This document shows, piece after piece, positions 1 through 12,351 of a DNA stretch of 64,000 nucleotides (its first letter is position 1; each line of letters opens with the position of its first letter). The DNA is from Malacoraja senta (taxonomy: Eukaryota), in the NCBI GenBank assembly GCA_038087875.1, contig JAXLNO010000067.1:1-64000 (forward strand), given 5' to 3'. The notes under the pieces were generated by a model that saw only the letters and a program-made list of their open reading frames with translations, was not told the DNA's origin and ran no database searches. A program made the translations under genes and the position numbers.

Positions 1-94
1 TAAATGTTTTTTTTATTAGATTTTTAAACAAATGTACAATTTACAAAGGAGGGTATAAAGCTCACACAATTTAAAAAACACTTACACAAAATTA

Positions 95-3000
95 TCAAAT
101 TAAAATATTAACATTTTTATCTATAATATATTCAACCTCCTGCGGTGACCAGCGTTCACAGAAGGCCTCCACAGTCCCCGTGGACACCGCGTGTTCCCTC
201 TCTAGGGACACGCGGGCACGGACGTAACCCCGGAAAAGGGGCAGGCAGCCGACCGCTGTGCGGCCATCGACCGCCCGCTGCCTGGACCCGCGAATGGCCA
301 TCTTGGCCAGGCCCAGGAGCAGACCGACAGGGAGACCCCCTCCTCCCTCCCGACCCTCCCTCCTCTGTACCGGGTGCCCATAGATTAATAGCATTGGACT
401 AAAATGTAGCCAAACTTGAGGAGCAACCCTTTCAGATACTCAAACAGGGGCTGCAACCTCTCGCACTCTATATACACGTGGAACACAGTCTCTTCCTCAC
501 CGCAGAAATGACAAGCAGGGGAAGAGTCCGTGAACCGGCTCAAGTACCTATTACAGGCCACGGCTTTGTGCAAAACTCTCCACCCCAGGTCCCCGATATA
601 AAGGGGGAGGACTCCCTTGTAGAGAGACCTCCACTGGGGACCGCTCCCCTCGTCAGGTGGTAACACGGACCGCCAGGGTGTGTCTGGATGGAAGACGAGG
701 GCGAGGAAGTGGAGAGTGTGCAAGAGCAGCCTGTACAGTACGCGCCTCTCCGCGCCACAGAATGGCACACTGGGCATCTCAGAAAGGTGGCTCATGTTGC
801 ATGGGGCTGGCTCTCGGGGAGGGTCCCGGGCCATGGGCCCTATGAACAATTCCGACTGAGCGGGGGTAAGCTCGTCCGGAATCGCTCCATGCACACGCCT
901 CTCCTCGACACCCACCGTCACAGCCATGACACCCCCCTCCCCCTGAGGAGCAGGGCCCTGGCTGAAGGTGACCAAATTCCTTGCCTTTAGGAGTTCACGA
1001 TAAAAGCCAGGCAACTCCCGCCTAGCGCGTCGACTCATGCCCGCTACCGGGAGCCGGGAGCCCTCCTGAAGGCACCGCCCCTGACGGAAAAAGTACGTCG
1101 CCAGCACGTGCCATTTAGGAGGGTAGTCCGAGTAGACGTACCTCCGCAGGGTCCTGAGTCAGAGAGCCGCCAGCTGGGTACGAATACAGACGAGCGCCTG
1201 ACCACCCTCCTCCAACGAGAGACTTAGAACCCCAGCAGAGACCCAGTGGTTCCTCTCCCCCCAGAAGAAGTTGACCAATCTCCTCTGTAACATGGTTATA
1301 AAATAAGAGGATGGGACCATAGTGGCCATCCGGTACCACAGCAGAGAGGCCACCAGCTGGTTTATAACTACAGCCCTGCCCCGGTAAGAGAGCACACCAA
1401 GTAGGCCTGACCAACGTCCCAGCCAGGCGACCACTTTCGCCTCCAGCTCCTGCCAGTTCGTCGACTAAACCCCTCCTCAGCGGGACTCAGGTAGACCCCC
1501 AGATAGAGGAGGTGCGTGGTACTCCACGCAAAACCTGCCATCTCCTCCGGCAGGGAGTCCACCTGCCACCCACCCATCAAGAGACCAGAACACTTCCCCC
1601 AGTTGATCCTGGCGGAGGATGCAGCCGAGAAAACCTGCTGGCACTCACGCATCCTCCACAGGTCAACAGGGTCGGTGAACATCAGAAGGACATCATCGGC
1701 GTAGGCCGAGAGAACCACCTCCATCCCCGGCCCCGGTAAAGCCAGGCCTGTCAACCGCCTCCGGAGAAGGCACAGGAAAGGCTCGACACAGATGGAATAC
1801 AGCTGGCCGGACATGGGACATCCCTGACGAACCCCCCTCCCAAAGGGAATGGGGGCCAACAAAGAGCCGTTGACCTTAACAAGGCATTCTGCAGCAGTAT
1901 ATAAGTCGGACCCAGGCCACAAAATGCGGTTCAAATCCGAACGCCTGCAGAGTCCCAAGAAGGTAGTCGTGCTCCACTCTGTCAAACGCCTTCTCCTGGT
2001 CGAGGGAGAGAAAGGCGACCGACTGACCAGCCCCCTGGGACAGGACTCTCTTTATAGTCCGTGCTGAGGAGAGAGACCGGGCGCCAGTTCTTCTAAAGGC
2101 GAAGATCGCCCCTTCTTGGGCAGCAGGACAACAACTGCCCTGCGCCAAGAGAAAGGCATCTCCCCGGTCACCAGGCTCTCCCCCAGGACCTTCATATAGT
2201 CGCCCCCCAGGACATCCCAGAAGGTTCTAAGGTACTCCACAGTCAGCCCATCCAGCCCTGGAGACTTGCCCCTCCTAAGCTGGTGCAGGGCACCAGTCAA
2301 CTCCTCCAGAGTTATGGGATCATCCAGGTGTTCAGCCACATCATTGCACACAGCGGGTAAGCCCTCCCACAGGGCTTCTTGCGCCTCCCCACTCGATGTG
2401 CCAGCCGAGAACAGAGTCCTGTAGAACGACCGAACTGAGGCACCAATGCTCTCTGGATCTGTGACAGAGGAGCCATCATCCGCAAGCAACTCTACAAGCT
2501 GCCTGCGGGCTCCTCGCCCCTTCTCCAGAGAAAAGAAAAAGGGGGAGGCGCGGTCCAGGTCGTGCAACACCTCACATACGCACCCCGGGACCTCCTAAGC
2601 TGCAAGTCCCTCAGTGCTCCCTTCTTCTCCTGGTATTCCTCCCACTCACACGAAGCCCCACCAGTCTGATCCAGACGAGCCTCCGAGTTGAGCAACTCTC
2701 TCTCAATCCGTACGATCTCGGAGTCCCGCGCCTTGGTCGACCTCCTCGCGTAGTCCTGGCAAAACAGACGGACATAGGCCTTCCCCACATCCCACCACTG
2801 CCTTAGGGAAAGGAAATGCCCCTGCCTCTCTCTCCAATTCACCCAGAACTGCCTGAATGAATTCCGGAATCGGCGATCCTCCAACAGCTGGCTATTAAAA
2901 TGCCAGTACGCGGACCCTGCCCGTGTGCGCGCTGGGATAAAGTCCACTCGCACCAGGCAATGGTCCGAGCATGGCGCCGGCTGCATGGAGGCCGCCGAAA

Positions 3001-3638
3001 CACAGGAGACATAGGCCTTGGACACGTATAAATGATCAATACGGGAACCACCACCCTCAAACCTGTACGAGAAGGCGTTAGAGTCAGGATGGAAATTCCG
3101 CCAAGCATCTACCAGCTCAAAAGAGTCCACCATCTCCCTCAAAGTCTTCACTGCTCCCGGGTCACGCTGAACGCCAGAGCGATCTCTTGTCTCGAGGGCA
3201 CAATTAAAATCTCCCCCAAGGAAAACACACTCCCCACGGTCGATAGTATTCAACAACGTGGTCACTTCCCTTGTTAAGCGCGTCTGCATTGCGCCGATCT
3301 TGGGGGCGTACACATTAACGAAGTGTAATGGCACACCATCCAAGCGCACGGCCAGATACAGCAAATGGCCTGGTACAACGTCCTGCACTTTGAGGATCTC
3401 CGGCTTGAAAGACGGGGCCAATAGGAAGGCTACTCCACTCGATTTGGAGCTGAGATGACTCATGTAGACCCCCCCCTTCCCACTCCAGGAGCCAGGTGGG
3501 TTCATCACTAGCCACAGTGTGTGTTTCCTGCAGGAAGCTCACCACATACCTCCCGTCCCTGAGCACTGAGAGATGGTGAAACCTACGGAGAGACCCCCTG
3601 CCCCCATTGATATTCAGGCTGGCTATAGTGAGCTTCAT
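95..3638 (-). pseudogene. Tx1 ORF2 (APE endonuclease, reverse transcriptase, zinc finger), with several frameshifts and an internal RT deletion
   Basis: Motifs SLNING, FLQETH, NVYAP, GGDFN, RIDHLY, SDH, KSPGLDG, SLDQEKAFD, GVRQGCPMS, YADD and CHFCGEEETVFHVYIEC lie across ORFs 3315..3638, 2492..3508, 2052..2570, 1368..1985, 385..1107 and 95..394. Confidence 0.9.
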
Positions 3639-5807
3639 TTTGAAAGTACACTAGATCTTTTACCCATCCCCGGTGATGGATTGGAGCCACCCCTACCCTT
3701 CTGCCCTCTCTTTAGGGCCTTAAAAAGCTCTTGGAACTGGCGCCTCTCATTTCTTACTAGCCCCGCCTCATTCCCCTTCTTCTGAAAGATGGCATGAATG
3801 GACTGCATGGGCGCCATCAGGTCCAACCAGCGGTCGACAGCCAAATCCACCTTGTTTCTACTCCCTCTAGTTTCTTTTAAGAACTTCCGAAGTTCCCAGA
3901 CTTCGACAAGTCGAGACACGGGGCCGCGGGTGGAGCAGTCCGTCAACTCACTGTCGATGGACTCCGGGTACCCCTCCTCCTCGCACTCAATGTCCGAGCC
4001 CGAGTCCGGAAAGTTACTACTCTCAGCCGCCTCGCTCACCCCTCCCTGTGAGGTGGGCATTCCAGCCACATCACACAGTCCCTCTGTCACCATCCCACCC
4101 CCAGGATCAGTGACAGGGGCAGGTACCGGTGCCTCTGACCGCGGCAAGCTATCTGACAGTTGGCCAGTCTCCTGCACGCTCCCATCGCCCTCTGTAACCG
4201 GATTGGGAACAGTGAAGTCAGAGCAAGTCTCCGGGCCTTGCTGTAAGCGGGTCTGTCTGGAGTCTGACCTAAGGACACGATCCAAAACGATCTTGCCCTC
4301 CTCCGCACCCAGGGTATCCGCCCCTGCACCGTCACCCAGAGAGTCCCCGTCCCCCACCACCAGATGAATCACCCCACTGTGGCCCTCAGGGGCCGATGTT
4401 ACTGGAGTCTCCCCTGCTCCCTCAACCAGTGGGGCATCACACCCCTCAACTGGGCTTGTAGCCTCAACGGGGAGCTCATGTTGGGGACCCACCCCCTCAC
4501 CCAAGTCCCCCCCTTCAGGCTGCCACTGGTCATCCACTAAGCCAGCAGACGTGTTTTCTGGGGGAACAGCCCCCAAGAGCAATATATCGCCACTCTCAGG
4601 TGGTCCCAGACCTACAGAGGCATCCTCCCCCTCGGAGGAAACGTGCCCTGGGTACCCCACCTCAACAGGAGGGGAAGGCTCCCCTTCAGGTTGCCCCTGA
4701 ACTTCAGGGCCCTTCTCTGTATCGGAGGACCCATGCCTCCTCCTCTTCGAACCACTGGCGTACGGTGGTACGGTGAGCTCCATTGCAGAAGCCTCTACCT
4801 CCACACTACCGTCTATCTCAGAGGCGAGCATGAAATTATCTGCTGCCTGGGGTCCCGCTTGGAGGTGATCATCTTCTAGGGGATCAGCCTGGAGATGTTT
4901 CTTCTTTTTCTTGACTTTCCTCCCCTGCTGATGCTCCCAAACCTTCCCATCCACCCTACTCACTTCTCCGGCATCCACCGCCACAAGTACGGGACATGGG
5001 GGTGGTGGGGGGATAGGGGTTGGGGGTAGGGGAGTAAAGCCTTCACGGGCCACCGTGTTAAAACCAGCAGCCCCAGATGGGCCAGTAGTGCTTTCCCGTG
5101 CCACTGGAACTGGCAGCCCGGGTCCTGGGACATTTCTTGCGAAAATGCCCCACCCTTTTGCAAGCGTGACAACGCACTTGGCCTGCATTCCAGAACACGC
5201 GATAGGAGAAATCATCCACCTCCACCTCAAAACTCCCCACCGTGTCCGTCCCCTGTGCCAACTGTATATACACGCGACGCTTGAACGTATATATATGCTG
5301 CATCTCAGGATCGTCAAACCTGTACAACAGTTTGGTGAGCCCTGACCGCACCTCCCCCAGCTTCCTTACATGTGGGAGCAGGAGCGCATCCGGAACAAAA
5401 GTGGGAACGTTGGACAGAATGACCGGCATAACGGGACCCCCCCATGGGTCCACCGCCGTGAAATTCCCACCTGCTGTTACCCCCCTTTCCAGAGCCAGAA
5501 CCACCGCCTGTTCAGTCTGTAGTAGAACCACAACCTTCCCACTGACCACCGCGCCCGAGACTATGGCTTTCTTGCCAACAGTCTCACCCAACGCATCTAG
5601 AAAGGCCTTTAAGGGCAGGTTGCTCTGCATGTACATTTTTACACCATATGTGCGCCCCATCAACTCGTGGCCCTCAGTCTCGGAGACTGCCGACCGTGCG
5701 ACAGCTGCATAACTCTGAGGGGCCGCCATCTTTAGGGCGTGGCACAACACACAAGGTATCAGTAGTTTATAATCAAAGCAGTCTTTCTGCTGTTGCTGCA
5801 CCTCCAC
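3635..5807 (-). pseudogene. Tx1 ORF1 (gag-like, zinc knuckle plus acidic low-complexity C-terminus), frameshifted
   Basis: ORF 5058..5807 (SYAAVA, ILSNVP, CHACKRVGHFRKKC) continues in ORF 3635..5317 in another frame. Confidence 0.8.
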
Positions 5808-6443
5808 TCTTTTGCAGCAGTTAAATAGTCTTGTGAAGGCTTACTTGGCAAGCAACTGAAGCAGTCTCCTCCTGATAAGATAGGAATGTCTGTGCCAATC
5901 CTCCCCGTCGTCAAAAATGGAGCTTCCTGACGCTTCTTCCCCAGGTCTCCGTCGCCTCCCCGGCTTCAACGAAATCCAAGGCACTGTTGCCATTCTTACC
6001 CAGCCCACCTGGACCGGGCAAGTCGGTGTAGGAGGGAGCTTTCCGATGTTACTGACCACAAACACCGCTCTAGACTCAGCTCCCACTAGTTCAAGTGTAA
6101 CTTGGCCTTCCGCCAGCCACTGCCGCTCCTACGACTTTACAGATACACAGACAAATCCTTACTAATTAGAGGAATCTTTGAACAAAGAAAGTCTCTGCAG
6201 ATCGACAAAGCTCTGAACTGCAAAGTCTGACTGCTTTTGTTTCTCCCCACCAAACAAAACCTTCCGAAAAGTTCATCAAATCCTCCCCGCCAGCAGAACA
6301 GCTCCTCACCTGGCCCCGCTCTGGGAGTAGAAGTGGGGGCGTATCCGGATCCGCAACGGCCGTGAGCCCCAGGCCGAGCTGGGCGATCGCTTGCCTGCTT
6401 CTGCTGCTGTTGGAGGTGAGACGTTGCGACGCGCCAGGGTCTT

Positions 6444-6668
6444 GGGCCTGTCCCACTTTGGCCGTCAGTTACGCGCCAGGCTGGTAGCGCGCGAAGATTT
6501 CATCCGCTACAAAATTTCGGAGCGCCGCGCGATACCGCGCACACCTCCATACCCCTCCGCGCTTCTCAGTGGGACCGGCCCCGTGCAGCCACACGATGCC
6601 CGTGCACCTCAACGCGATGATGAGGTCGTGTAATTTGCGTGCCAAGGACACATAAATGGGACAGGCAC
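6444..6668. mobile_element. Short PIF/Harbinger-like MITE
   Basis: Imperfect terminal inverted repeats (TIRs) gggcctgtcccacttt ... aaatgggacaggcac, the same terminus type as the MITE at 34907. No clear TSD. Confidence 0.6.
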
Positions 6669-6891
6669 TTGAAGGTCACGGACATAGAGGCGTTCGTTCG
6701 GGCCGATCGCGGTTGCCTCTATGGGTGATCGGCCAAGGCATTTCCCTGAAACATGCAGGGGCTTCAGCAACGTCGGGCCTCCGCACCGAAATGGAGGCGG
6801 TAGTAACATCAACGGCGTCTACCGTATGGCTTGGAATGCTGCAGTGGATCATCAGAGATGGCCGGGGAAGTCTGGGGAACCATATATCCAT

Positions 6892-7697
6892 ATAACCATA
6901 TAACCATATAACCATTACAGCACGGAAACAGGCCATCTCGGCCCGTCAAGTCCGTGCCGAACATTAAAAAAAAAATAAAAAAATAAAAATAAAAAAAAAA
7001 TACTTCCCCCTAGTCCCATCTACCTGCACTCAGACCATAACCCTCCATTCCTTTCCTGTCCATAGACCCATCCAATCTATTTTTAAAGGATAAAATCGAA
7101 CCTGCCTCCACCACTTCCACTGGAAGATCATTCCCCTAATGTTACCCCTAAACTTCTGTCCCTTAATTCTCAAGTCTTGTCCCCTTGTTTGAATCTTCCC
7201 TACTCTCAATGGGAAAAGCTTATCCACATCAACTCTGTCTAAACCCTCATCATTTTAAAGACCTCTATCAAGTCCCCTCTTAACCTTCTGCGCTCCAAAA
7301 AATAAAGACCTAACTTGTTCAACTTTTCTCTGTAACTTAGTTGCTGAAACCCAGGCAACATTCTAGTAAATCTCCTCTGTACTCTCTCTATTTTGTTGAC
7401 ATCCTTCCTATCATTAGGCGACCTAAATTGCACTCCATACTCCAGAATTGGCCTCACCAATGCCTTGTACAATTTTAACATTACATCCCAACTTCTATAT
7501 TCAGTGCTCTGATTTATAAAGGCCAGCACACCAAAAGCTTTCTTTACCACCCTATCTACATGAGATTCCACCTTCAGGGAACTATGCACAGTTATTTCTA
7601 GATCCCTCTGTTCAACTGCATTCCTCAATTCTCTACCATTTACCATGTACGTCCTATTTTGATTTGTCCTGCCGAGATGTAGTACCTCACATTTATT
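6892..7697 (-). mobile_element. 5'-truncated CR1 LINE 3' end (family B)
   Basis: ORF 7239..7787 carries the CR1 C-terminus (KCEVLHLGR, LYKALVRPILEY, RRLRGDLIEVFK). The (ataaccat)n tail is at about 6892-6914. Confidence 0.9.
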
Positions 7698-8304
7698 TGT
7701 CTGGGAAAGCTGAAGTCTGGGGAAGCTGAAGTCTGGGGAAGTCTTCTGGGCATCGGCTGCCTTTGCGGGAAAATGTTCCTGCTGCATGTCTTCAAGTCAA
7801 TAATGATCAGTTTTGATATTTCCCAGCTAAATTATTAGTGTCTTTCTAAAGAAAGTGTTTACAATTTCATTGCCGTCCTTCAAGCAGATATATTTTCAGC
7901 CACTTCTTCAACATTGCCACAGATGATAACAAAGGAATTCACTCCATTTGAATTAAATTCCATAATTACTAGTACAACCCATCACTCTGCTGATGTTATT
8001 GAATAGCTCACCCTGAATAATTTATATCGTGAAATGATTAATGTAATTCAACATAAATTCAAATTACTTTGGTTCAAATGACATGATAAATATTTGCAAG
8101 CAATAGATATCCATTGTATTATCACATACATTACTTACGTCAATGATGGAGAACTCTAAGCTTTTTAGTTAGACAAAGAATAGCAAATGCATGCATCTTT
8201 CAGCGTTGTATTGCAACAATGTCTTGGACAAATGGTTTGCTGTAAGGTTAGCTGTGCAAAAAGGGATTGAAATGTTAAACTGAGAATTACAATCTGAATG
8301 AATA

Positions 8305-8400
8305 CAGTCTGAAGAAGGGTTTTGGCCCGAAACGTTGCCTATTTCCTTCGCTCCATAGATGCTGCTGCACCCGCTGAGTTTCTCCAGCATTTTTGTCTAT
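8305..8400 (+). ncRNA. Penelope-derived terminal repeat with a minimal hammerhead ribozyme-like motif
   Basis: CTGAAGA-A-GGGT tttg GCCC-GAAA-CG-TT matches the hammerhead core CUGANGA...GAAA..UH. The same module ends the Penelope element at about 33767. Confidence 0.6.
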
Positions 8401-9123
8401 TACAATCACACCTATAGGTTTAATCATTATTAGCAGCATTTTTGGAACAAAGGCAAGGGAGTCACATGATGATAAAGCCCGATGAATTATGCACAACCTG
8501 AAAGGGAAACCAATTCCAACTTCAAATTACAATTGTTCCAGCAAACTGTGGGATAACAGAAACAACATCCTGTGCTGCCTGACATGATGTGACCATAGCA
8601 CATAATGCAGTTGGACTCACTCATCCAGCAGCCCTTGGAATCCAGTGTTACTCTTCATTCTTCCACGTTAAGCCATCTGCATGTATTTTAAAAATACTGA
8701 CAGCTGAACACCAGTGAACAATATTTAACCAAGTGATCAATGAAATTGTGGGGAACTATAGAAGCAAGGAACTGCAGGTGATGGTTTATACCAAAGATAG
8801 ACAAAAAAAAGTGCTGGAGTAACTCAAAGGATCAGATAGCATCTCTGGAGAAAAAGGATGGGTGACATTTCAGGCCGGGACCAATCTTCAGACAGAATGT
8901 ACGGGGTGGGGGGGTGAAGCGTTAGTGGTGAGAAATGGCTAGGACCAATCAGGGCAGGCCACAAATGACCTCAGGCAGGGTGGTGCCCTAGTAGGCCCAT
9001 TGCTGGCTGGGGGAGAACCAGTATCCATTTCACTGAACATTTACTCCTAGTCCACCTGGGCCTATTGGATCTCCCAGTTGCCAAACATTTCAAAAACGTG
9101 GCAACGGTTTATCTGAACACTTA

Positions 9124-12001
9124 AACCCCTGTCTCACGGTGCGAGTTGACCCACGAGTGACCCCGAGTTTAAAACGAACTAAACTCATGGTAATCACGTA
9201 CAATCAACGTAGCGGGAACGTCGGAACTCGTGGACGCAACTTAGCGACTCGTGGCGCTAATGGCAGGTACCCGTGAAACTTGTTAACTCTTGAAAATTTT
9301 CAAACATGTTTAAAGTTTTCCACGAGTCAAATTTACTGTTGAAGTTAAAAATTGAAACATTTAAACTCGTTGTAAGAATGTAGTGGCCCATGAGTTTACC
9401 GTAGTGACTCTTGAGTCTACCGTGGGCACTCTTTAACTCAGCGGGATAGGCAGCATCTCCGGAGAGAAGGAATGGGTGACGGGAAGACGTTTCCAAAATT
9501 CTGCTGCGTCTTTGTGTTACTCCAGATCTGTGTGTTCAATTTTTGTCAACTAACATCTGCCCTTTCTTGTGTATGACATTATTTGTATCCGTGGCAGTAG
9601 ATTGTCGCTCCCTTCAGTTTCCCAGGGGGTCGTGACAGGACTGGAGTTAGGAGGGAAGGGTGGGGGGGGGAGCGGGGGAGCGGGGGTGGAGGGAGGGGAG
9701 GGAGGGGAGGAGGGGGGTTGGGGTGACTTAGTATGGGAGACAAGTGTACGAGAGGTGTACTGACTGTGTGGGCAGACACTTTGGTAGTGATTGGCCATGG
9801 GGTTCACTGTCGAGGACTTCATAATGCAGAAAGCATTATGAACAGAGCGATTAACCCTGGAAAGGGGGGGAGACTTCTCTCTGGGTTGGACCCAGGAAAC
9901 TGAAGCAGGCTCACGTAGACTTAATATTTTCTTGAGGTTATTAACGACAGATAAATGGATGGGAAGGGATTAGAGGGCTATGGGCCACATGCAGGCAAAC
10001 CCCAAGACGCCAACTTGGACGGCATGGCCAAGTTGGGCCGAAGAACCTGTTTCCGTGTTGTACAGCACCATGACTAAGGCCTATCCAGTGGGATTGACAT
10101 GTTTTGTAATTTTCCTTTCTAAAGATGCAGTGTATTTTGGTGACTATTGCACACTGCAGACCAGAAGTGCCTTCAATACCCAGAGAGAAGGGATGGGTGG
10201 GTTACGTGAGCAGGAGAGTGAGGTTGTTTGCAGTTGCAGAGGGAGGGGGCAAGGGCAGTACAGTTCCCAGTCTCAGCTCCTGTTCTACTGAGCGTGTGGA
10301 CGTGGACGGGTGGCTTGGTTGGCGGCGGCCCATGGTGTGGCAGAGCCGGCGTGCCCGCTGACTCCCATCCCCCCCCGTCCGGGACCACGCTGGGAGAGAG
10401 CCCCCGAGCATCTGCCCCAAGCCCCCGAGACGGTGCGAAGCCCCCGCGCCTGGTGCAATGGGCGGGGAGCTGGAGAGGGGAGGGAAGGGGTCACACACAT
10501 GGCAGGGAAGCAGAGGGGTGGGGGTGGCGACAGACAGGGCCAACAATGAGATGGAGAAAGACAGAAACATCGACGTGCAAAGGAGACCTACAATAGTGTA
10601 TGATCTCTCTCGCGTTATGGCGGGTGATTGTCGCCTGGTTTCTGATGCTATAGCCTTGGGATCTTTGCCCTTCGTGTTGGCGTGGAGGGGGAGGGGGGTA
10701 CCAAAGTGTCTGCCCACACAGTCATTACACCTCTCCTACACTTGTCTCCCGTACTAAGTCACCCCAACCCTCCCTCCCCCACTCCCCTCCCCTCGCTCCC
10801 CCCCACCTTTCCTTCCCAACACCAGTCCCGTCACGACCCCCTGGGAACACGTATATGAAGCAGAGAGAAACGTGAGTTCTACACGGCTCTGTCCGACTTT
10901 TGATAATGGATTCGGTGGTTTGTACCCACTCCCCCTCCCTGCCCACCCACCCACCCAACCATCAAGCCAGCCAGCCGGACCCCTCCTCGTTACAGCGGCT
11001 GAAGCGACATTTCCAAGAGAATGGGGCAGAGAGCTGGGGCAGGGCTGGGATGGGAGCAGGGCAGATGAAGCATACCAAAGGAACAAACAAGTTGATGGTT
11101 CCAAGGGGCAGGCAGCAGAGGTCTTGTGCCCCAACGAGGTAGACCGCTGTTCCCCTTGCTAATGCACACACAGAAAGAGAGAGATGAGAGCAGAGGATGA
11201 TCCCAGCCTAACCCAAGAGCCTTGTCACCCCAGACAGATTAATGATGCTTACGCACCCCCCAACCCCCCCACCACCCCCCCCCCCCACCCCAACCTCCCT
11301 CCACCTCAACTCACGCCTGGGCACCAAAGCAGCTCAGGATGCGAACCCTGAGCTCCGTCTCCCAAAAATCTGATGTGCAACTGATGTGAAAGAACAGCGG
11401 CTGTGGCTGGCCAGCACCCGGCATGGACTTCTCACACCCTCACACACGAAATGTGTGTGCGAATAAACAAAAACAAGGAATAAAACCAAAGCCCGGCTTG
11501 AAAGGCAACTAAAAATACATTCCGCTTAGAACGAGCAGGCGCGGAGACATCCGTCCACATCCAAAGATTTCATCTCCCGTCTCCCCGCAGTGTGTAGACC
11601 TGGCAGTAAATTCAGGATGGAGCTGTCTTCTTGCGTCGCCGCCACCGCCTCCTTGCTGCACAATGGCAGCGAGTGCAGGGCCGAGATCCTGCCTAGTTTT
11701 TTTAAGTTCTGAAATTGAATAACTTTCAATATGAGATGCTGTCCAGCTCCTCTATTCGATACTTAAAACAGACCTTCATTCACGGTTGGCTCAAGAGTAA
11801 CTCGGGAGAGGAACTTGGTAACTCGGGAGAGGAACTTGGTACATCGCAGAAATGAGAAGTAAACGGCAAACTTAGACATACACGTGGGAACGCGTTTAAA
11901 CTCGTGAACATAAACTTGGAATCTCGTAAACAACCACGTGTGTGATTTTTTCTTTCATTCGGGATCACTCGTGGGTGGACTCGCACCGTGAGACAGGCCC
12001 A
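9124..12001. mobile_element. Non-autonomous PIF/Harbinger DNA transposon (~2.9 kb) inserted in a Penelope-derived fragment
   Basis: TIRs of about 40 bp (cccctgtctcacggtgcgagttgacccacgagtga / tcactcgtgggtggactcgcaccgtgagacaggccc). TTA TSD at 9121-9123 and 12002-12004. The flanks rejoin as ctgaacac-TTA-cgctcggtcc. Confidence 0.85.
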
Positions 12002-12189
12002 TTACGCTCGGTCCGTCTAGGCCTATGGGGTCTTCCAGCTGCCAAACATTTCAACTGCCCTTCCCATTCCCTGACCTTTCTGTCCTGGACCTCCTCCGTT
12101 GTCAGAGTGAGGCCACATGTAAATTGGAGGAACAGCACTTCATATTTTCCTTTGGTAGTTTACATGAATTGAATTGAAATGAATTGAAT

Positions 12190-12351
12190 ACATTTTATTC
12201 GCCAAGTACCATGGACATTTGTGCCAATGGTCGATAGTCATTGAGGCATGTCACCTTACTCTTCTTGGGCACCGGTATTATTGATGCCCTCTTAAAGCAC
12301 GTGGAAACCTGAGACATCAGTAATGAGAGGTTGAAAATGTCCGCAAAAACT
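12190..12351 (-). mobile_element. Rex1/Babar-like LINE RT fragment
   Basis: GVFADIFNLSL...CFKRASIIPVPKKSKVTCLNDYRP at the end of ORF 12195..12959. Confidence 0.7.

Larger units (their letters stand above)
7..6440 (-). mobile_element. Near full-length, degenerate Tx1-clade non-LTR retrotransposon (5' boundary approximate)
   Basis: ORF1 has a CCHC knuckle (CHACKRVGHFRKKC). ORF2 has APE, RT and C-terminal zinc-finger segments split by frameshifts. A T-tract with reverse AATAAA at about 7-16 is the probable 3' end. Confidence 0.9.

Noticed and set aside
3798..4367. Antisense ORFs over Tx1, CR1 and L1 coding regions
   Set aside because: They are shadow frames of GC-rich or biased coding sequence with no recognisable motifs.
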